A DNA stretch of 64,000 nt, taken from positions 70,730 to 134,729 of the forward strand of contig CANOTO010000001.1 of NCBI GenBank assembly GCA_947570215.1, given 5' to 3'. The notes below the pieces were generated by a model that saw only the letters and a program-made list of their open reading frames with translations, searched no databases and was not told the origin of the DNA. A program made the translations under genes and the position numbers. Shown here one piece after another: positions 59,110 through 64,000 of this stretch. The first letter of the stretch is position 1; each line of letters begins with the position of its first letter. The DNA comes from an uncultured Clostridia bacterium (GTDB lineage: Bacteria; Bacillota; Clostridia; Christensenellales; CAG-314).

Positions 59110-59780
59110 TCGGTTTTCTCCAAATAATATCCAAGAAGTCTTTTGGTGGAAATTGTCACTTTGCTGCCTACGTAAAACAGCTTTTTGCGGAGAAAGGACA
59201 TATACGCTTCGACGTTATTCTCCGTAATGTCGGAGTCCAAGCCCCAAATCTTGGAAATAATTATATCCTTGCTTATTACCTGAGTGGAATTGGTCATCAA
59301 AAAGCGAAGAATTTCATATTCCTTCGCGCCGAGAGACACTACTTTTTCTCCGCAGGATAGGGTAAAGTTGGAAGTATTAAGCTTAATATCGGCGAACGTA
59401 AGTTCGTCGTATACCAATTCGGACTGACGGCGTGTTAAAGCGCGGATTCGCGCCAAAAGCTCCTCCGTTGCAAACGGCTTTGTAAGGTAATCGTCCGCTC
59501 CGCAGTCCAAGCCCTTTACCCGCGACGCCACTTCATCCTTGGCCGTAAGCATTAGAATAGGCACGCTGCACTTGTTTTGGCGCAGTTTGCGCGCCACTTC
59601 GTAACCGTCCGTTTGCGGCATCATAACGTCCAAAAGCACCACGTCGTAATCGCCGTTCTTGGCGTAGTAATAGCCGTCGGCTCCGTCGTACACTACGTCC
59701 ACAATAAATTTGTTGCGCCTGAGCAATTCGCCCAAAGCGTCCGCTAATTTTACTTCGTCGTCTATAACCAAAATTTTCAT
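59106..59780 (-). CDS. OmpR-family response regulator
   Basis: ILVIDDE, LDVMMP, LTAK, GADDYLTKPF, winged-helix C-terminus. Confidence 0.96.
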   Translation of the reverse strand: MKILVIDDEVKLADALGELLRRNKFIVDVVYDGADGYYYAKNGDYDVVLLDVMMPQTDGYEVARKLRQNKCSVPILMLTAKDEVASRVKGLDCGADDYLTKPFATEELLARIRALTRRQSELVYDELTFADIKLNTSNFTLSCGEKVVSLGAKEYEILRFLMTNSTQVISKDIIISKIWGLDSDITENNVEAYMSFLRKKLFYVGSKVTISTKRLLGYYLEKTE

Positions 59781-59858
59781 CGCGTTCTCCCGCCTACGTA
59801 GAATTATACTGCTTTGTGTAAAATCAATGTACCCTACGTCGCTTAAATAAGACTGAAC

Positions 59859-60518
59859 TTACGCCAAACGCATTATACCGTCGATTATATAAGTCAACTG
59901 ACGCGGAGTATCGGCGACATACGACGCGCCGTGCTCCCGCAAAAATTCCGCGCTTCGAAAGCCCCAAGTAACCGAAACGCAAGCTATACCGGCGTTACGA
60001 GCCGTAGCGATATCCACGTCGCTGTCGCCGCAGTAAACGGCGTTGTTGCGGTTGACGCCAAGACTGTTCATAAGTTCGACTATCTTGATTGGATTGGGCT
60101 TGGTTACGGCGTAGTCGGTCGTTCCGCATACATAGGTTATCAATCCGCCGAAATACTTGTCGCACAGCTCGCGAGCGCAGTTTTCGTCCTTGTTGGAATG
60201 AACCGCCGGCGTAAAACCGCGCGCAATCAAATCGGACAGCATTTCTTTTACGCCGTCGTACGGCTTTGTATGCTCGTCGGTATGGGCGTTGTAGTATTCG
60301 CGCTGCAACGCGAGCGCCTGCGGCTGCAGTTCGAGTCTATTTTCCGTTACAGCGCGCGCCATAAGCACGCTTACACCGTTGCCTATCATCATACGTACCT
60401 GCTCGGACGAATAAGTAGGCAAATCGAGTTTTGTCATGGCGTAATTGACGCTGTCGGTCAAATCCGACAACGTATCGAGCAGGGTGCCGTCTAAATCGAA
60501 AATTACAAGTTTAGTCAT
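59859..60518 (-). CDS. HAD family hydrolase (phosphoglycolate phosphatase-like)
   Basis: FDLDGTLLDT, SNK, KPNP, GDSDVD, WGFR; start at MTKLV. Confidence 0.92.
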   Translation of the reverse strand: MTKLVIFDLDGTLLDTLSDLTDSVNYAMTKLDLPTYSSEQVRMMIGNGVSVLMARAVTENRLELQPQALALQREYYNAHTDEHTKPYDGVKEMLSDLIARGFTPAVHSNKDENCARELCDKYFGGLITYVCGTTDYAVTKPNPIKIVELMNSLGVNRNNAVYCGDSDVDIATARNAGIACVSVTWGFRSAEFLREHGASYVADTPRQLTYIIDGIMRLA

Positions 60519-60797
60519 ATATGCTTTTGAGTACTCCGTGCAGAAAAAGCCACGACGTTTCGCGCTTTCAGTGAGCGAATAAAACAACTATTTTTAGCAA
60601 TCGTGCAAGCCTACCAACTTAGCTAAACCGCCGATTGATGTCTCGCGCTTTCGGCGGATAAGGAGGCTACCGGCCTATAAGTTTGGCCAAACCGCCTGTC
60701 GCCGTTTCGCGCCTTCCGTGAGCGAATAAATCTACTTCTTGTCTATTGTGTTGCTACCGCCTACCAGTTTGGCTAATCCACCAATGGAAGTCTCACG
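60511..60797 (-). repeat. Tandem array of sdaA 3'-end copies with conserved linkers
   Basis: RETSIGGLAKLVG in gene; downstream RETATGGLAKLIGR*, RETSIGGLAKLVGLHDC*, RETSWLF..*. Confidence 0.9.
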
Positions 60798-61949
60798 ATA
60801 ATTCTCGGGAATATCCCGTCCCGTTTCGTACATGGCTTTTACAACCGCGTCAAAGGAGACCTTGCGGGAATCGGCAAGGAACGTCGCCAAGCTTACGGCG
60901 TTGATTGCGCGCATTGCGGCAACGGCGTTACGCTCGATGCAGGGTATCTGCACCAAACCGCATACAGGGTCGCATGTAAGCCCCAAATGGTGCTCTAACG
61001 CAACTTCCGCAGAGTATTCTATTTCGTCAAGCGTCATTCCGTACAGTTCGGCCAACCCTGCCGCCGCCATAGAACACGCGGTGCCTATTTCCGCCTGACA
61101 ACCGCATTCCGCACCGGAAATTGAAGCGTTGGTTTTAACGACGTTACCGATAATTCCGGCGGTTAACAGTCCGCGATGAATTTGTTCGTCGGAAAAATTC
61201 AATTGCCGTGAGGCATAGCCGAATACCGCGGGCAAAACTCCGCTTGCTCCGCAAGTAGGCGCAGTGACTACCACTCCGCCGGAAGCGTTTTGTTCACCCA
61301 CGGCAAAGGCGTAGGACGACACAATTCGGTCTTGCCGCGTTTGAGCCGATTCCGCATTACCGCAGCCCTGAGTCAGCTTTTTAGCGCGGCGTTCGACGTT
61401 GAGTCCGCCCGGAAGCGTACCTTCGCGTTCCAGTCCGTCGTCGATGCATTTATTCATTATTCTCCAAGCATTTCGGATATAGTCGGTTACACCGTCGTCT
61501 TCGAAACGTAAAGCGTACTGCCAATACCGAAGACTGTTATGCTTGCAATAATCCTTTATCTGCTCAAAGGTTCGGTGCGGATATATATTCTCGCTTTCGA
61601 CGAACGTTTCTCCCGCCACAAGTATATCTCCGCCGCCTATGCTGAAAACCTGCATTTTGCAAACTTCTACTCCGTCATCGTATCCCGCCAAGTCCATAGT
61701 ATTAGGGTGCGCGCACTTGGTTTCGGCGTCGAACACAATTGTTACCGAGCGGTTGCCGAACGCCTTGATAACAGCAACGTCCGTACCGTGTCCCTTGCCT
61801 GTTAAAGCAAGCGAACCGTACAGAGTAACGACGTAGCGCTCGTGTCCGTCGTTTTCCGACAAAAACCGCTCCACCGCGTTGACAGGTCCCATTGTGTGCG
61901 AGCTGGACGGCCCGACGCCTATTTTGTACAGTTGTTTGAGACTTTTCAT
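60732..61949 (-). CDS. sdaA: Fe-S-dependent L-serine ammonia-lyase, single chain
   Basis: IGVGPSSSHTMGP, LYGSLALTGKGH, APTCGASG, SISGAECGCQAE, LGLTCDPV.GLVQIPCIERN, RETS.GGLA. Confidence 0.96.
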   Translation of the reverse strand: MKSLKQLYKIGVGPSSSHTMGPVNAVERFLSENDGHERYVVTLYGSLALTGKGHGTDVAVIKAFGNRSVTIVFDAETKCAHPNTMDLAGYDDGVEVCKMQVFSIGGGDILVAGETFVESENIYPHRTFEQIKDYCKHNSLRYWQYALRFEDDGVTDYIRNAWRIMNKCIDDGLEREGTLPGGLNVERRAKKLTQGCGNAESAQTRQDRIVSSYAFAVGEQNASGGVVVTAPTCGASGVLPAVFGYASRQLNFSDEQIHRGLLTAGIIGNVVKTNASISGAECGCQAEIGTACSMAAAGLAELYGMTLDEIEYSAEVALEHHLGLTCDPVCGLVQIPCIERNAVAAMRAINAVSLATFLADSRKVSFDAVVKAMYETGRDIPENYRETSIGGLAKLVGGSNTIDKK

Positions 61950-62069
61950 AATTTTTCCGTTAAATTTTTTTTGTTGAAATTATTCTGCGAGACATATGTC
62001 TACGCACGCTCGAAACGACTTATTGCCGTATTCGTATAAAAATGCCTAACCAATAGAATACCGAACGAA

Positions 62070-62510
62070 TTATACGCTTTGCCAAATTATAGTGACCGGT
62101 CCCCAGTTGCTTTGCGTAACAGTCATATCCGCGCCGAATACCCCGAGTTTTGCGGGCACGCCGAGATCTGCAAGCAAGTTCGCAGTACGCAGATATAATT
62201 TGTCCGCCCTGTCGGGTTCTTCCGCATTGAAAAAACTCGGACGGTTACCCTTGGACAAGTCCGCCGCAAGCGTAAATTGAGAAACAAGCATGATTTCACC
62301 CGATACGTCTTGTACCGATAAATTCATTTTGCCGTTTCCGTCTTCGAAAATACGCAGCTTTGCAAGCTTGTCGGCAAAAACTTCGCATTGCCTTTCACTG
62401 TCGCCCCGTTCAACACAAAAAAATACGACGAGTCCCTTGTCTATTCGAGATACAGCTTCGCCGCCGACAGACAGCTCCGCGTTATAAACGCGTTGAATTA
62501 CCGCTTTCAT
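62070..62510 (-). CDS. dtd: D-aminoacyl-tRNA deacylase
   Basis: MKAVIQRV, LRIF.D..GKMN, VSQFTL, GNRPSF, FGADM, N.GPVT. Confidence 0.95.
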   Translation of the reverse strand: MKAVIQRVYNAELSVGGEAVSRIDKGLVVFFCVERGDSERQCEVFADKLAKLRIFEDGNGKMNLSVQDVSGEIMLVSQFTLAADLSKGNRPSFFNAEEPDRADKLYLRTANLLADLGVPAKLGVFGADMTVTQSNWGPVTIIWQSV

Positions 62511-62580
62511 TATCCACCGAAATAAAGTATTTTTTACAGTATAACACAAAAAAACGACAAAGCAAACTTTATAACAAAAA

Positions 62581-62609
62581 TAAACGCTTGAAAGTTATTC
62601 AAGCGTTTA
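62581..62609. repeat. Dispersed palindrome, copy 3
   Basis: TAAACGCTTGAA-agtta-TTCAAGCGTTTA. Confidence 0.75.
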
Positions 62610-62739
62610 CGGCGGCGGCTGTAGACAAAATCATACGACCGCCGTCTGCATTTTACAATGTTATTCTTCGTTAAACTGCTTGATTGCCGCAAAAGTAAAT
62701 TATGCTTCCGTAACTTATAAAACGGAACGCGCAAGCGAC

Positions 62740-64000
62740 CTACCACTTTTCGCGGATAAAGCGTTTTTCGTCTTCCTTTAAGTCCAGTCCCAAGGTTCCG
62801 CCGGGGTTCATAAGGTTATCGGGGTCGAAATGGTTCTTCAATACTTTGAGTATTTCCATTTGTCGCGAGCCTATCTGTCCTTCCAGCCACGGAGCGAAAA
62901 ATTTGCCCACGCCGTGATGGTGAGATATTGCCGCGCCGCTCTTTTGAATGTGATCGAGAATACCGCTCCAATAATTGACGAAATCATCAAGCGTATTCAT
63001 CTTGGCTATGAAGATAAAGTACAGGTTAGCCCCTTGGGGATAACAGTGGGACATATGCGTCATACAAATTGTATTGGGACGGGAATGACAGTATTCGCGC
63101 ACAAGCTGATGGACGTGTTCCATTTGGCTCCAGGTTACCGAGCATTCCAACGTGTCCGTCATAACGCCGAAGTCCTGCATAGTATCCCTGAGATACGGGT
63201 CGTTGAAACGTCCCTTTTCCCAAGCGGACGTTACCATTCCCGTAAGGCTCATTGCCTTGTGCTTTTTGCAAATGCGCTTGACGTTGCGGGCGATATTCTT
63301 ACAAAAGCCCTTTTCACCGTCGGTAAACCCAAGAAACAAACAGCGCTTGTGCGGCTTGTAGCCGAGATTGCTGAGCATTTTGCCGAGAACGCTTTCCGAC
63401 ACGCCGTACAGGTGCATCATCATATCCGTTTCTTCGGGGTCGGACAAACGGAACACGCTGGGGCGACCGCATTCGCACTGCATAATCTCGCGCGCGGCGT
63501 CCATTGCCGTTTCCCAATCCTTAAACATATAGCTGAACTTGTAATGATTTTCGGGCATATGGCGGTAAACCTTTAGCGTAACATGCGTTAACACACCGAA
63601 CGCGCCTTCGCTGCCCATCATTATTTGATTGATATCGGGTCCCGTAGCTTTGGCGGGGAAAGCTTCCGTTTTGACAATTCCCGTAGGGGTTGCGTATTCC
63701 TGAGCTATTACGATATCTTCTATCTTGCCGTAATAGGTGGAGTTTTGCCCCGCGCCGCGCGTTACTGTCCAGCCGCCGACGCTGCTGTACTCAAAGGACT
63801 GCGGAAAGTGTCCGCAGGTGTAGGCGCGCTTTGCGCCGAAAAGCTTGACGGCGTTGTTGAGCGTTTCTTCCAGCTTCGGTCCGCTCATACCCGCTTCCAC
63901 AGTAATTGTTTGGTCGGTCTCGTTAAAGTCGATTACCTTGTTGAAGTGACGGCGCATATCCAAACTTATTCCGCCGCAAATAGGCTCTACACCGCGGGTT
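62740..64000 (-). CDS. FAD-linked oxidase, alkyl-DHAP-synthase-like (N-terminus outside window)
   Basis: GHFPQSFEYSSVGGW..TRGAGQ.S..YGKIED, GPD, GSEGAFGV, HMSH.Y, SHHHGVG, DP..LMNPG; frame open to the window edge. Confidence 0.88.
   Translation of the reverse strand, partial: TRGVEPICGGISLDMRRHFNKVIDFNETDQTITVEAGMSGPKLEETLNNAVKLFGAKRAYTCGHFPQSFEYSSVGGWTVTRGAGQNSTYYGKIEDIVIAQEYATPTGIVKTEAFPAKATGPDINQIMMGSEGAFGVLTHVTLKVYRHMPENHYKFSYMFKDWETAMDAAREIMQCECGRPSVFRLSDPEETDMMMHLYGVSESVLGKMLSNLGYKPHKRCLFLGFTDGEKGFCKNIARNVKRICKKHKAMSLTGMVTSAWEKGRFNDPYLRDTMQDFGVMTDTLECSVTWSQMEHVHQLVREYCHSRPNTICMTHMSHCYPQGANLYFIFIAKMNTLDDFVNYWSGILDHIQKSGAAISHHHGVGKFFAPWLEGQIGSRQMEILKVLKNHFDPDNLMNPGGTLGLDLKEDEKRFIREKW

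Noticed and set aside
60511-60797. CRISPR array or diversity-generating retroelement template
   Set aside because: Units are protein-coding tails; differences are synonymous and not adenine-specific; no reverse transcriptase in the window.

Overview
Chromosomal, mostly housekeeping window from an anaerobic, probably spore-forming Firmicute. A Clostridia-like gut lineage is inferred from spoIIID, the ecfA1A2T-truA operon, reverse rubrerythrin and homodimeric GlyQS. No rRNA, tRNA, CRISPR array, integrase or transposase was seen. It contains RNase P RNA, a shikimate operon with an AroA-AroE fusion, a Fur/PerR-rubredoxin-rubrerythrin operon (the 37-aa rubredoxin is missing from the ORF track), and many surface proteins: two ComEC-like MBL hydrolases, endonuclease I, a barnase-barstar pair behind an OB-fold lipoprotein, a DUF5722-like/phosphoesterase/GT2 operon and a 1952-aa repeat protein. 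Main observations: (1) a tandem array of spare C-terminal tails behind sdaA, all starting at the same codon, one differing from the gene only by synonymous changes; (2) a G9 tract inside the sigma70 spacer of the surface-glycan operon, suggesting phase variation; (3) three promoters with leaderless geometry; (4) a low-GC single-gene cassette bounded by imperfect inverted repeats; (5) dispersed intergenic repeat families. All family assignments are from motif recognition by eye, not database searches.
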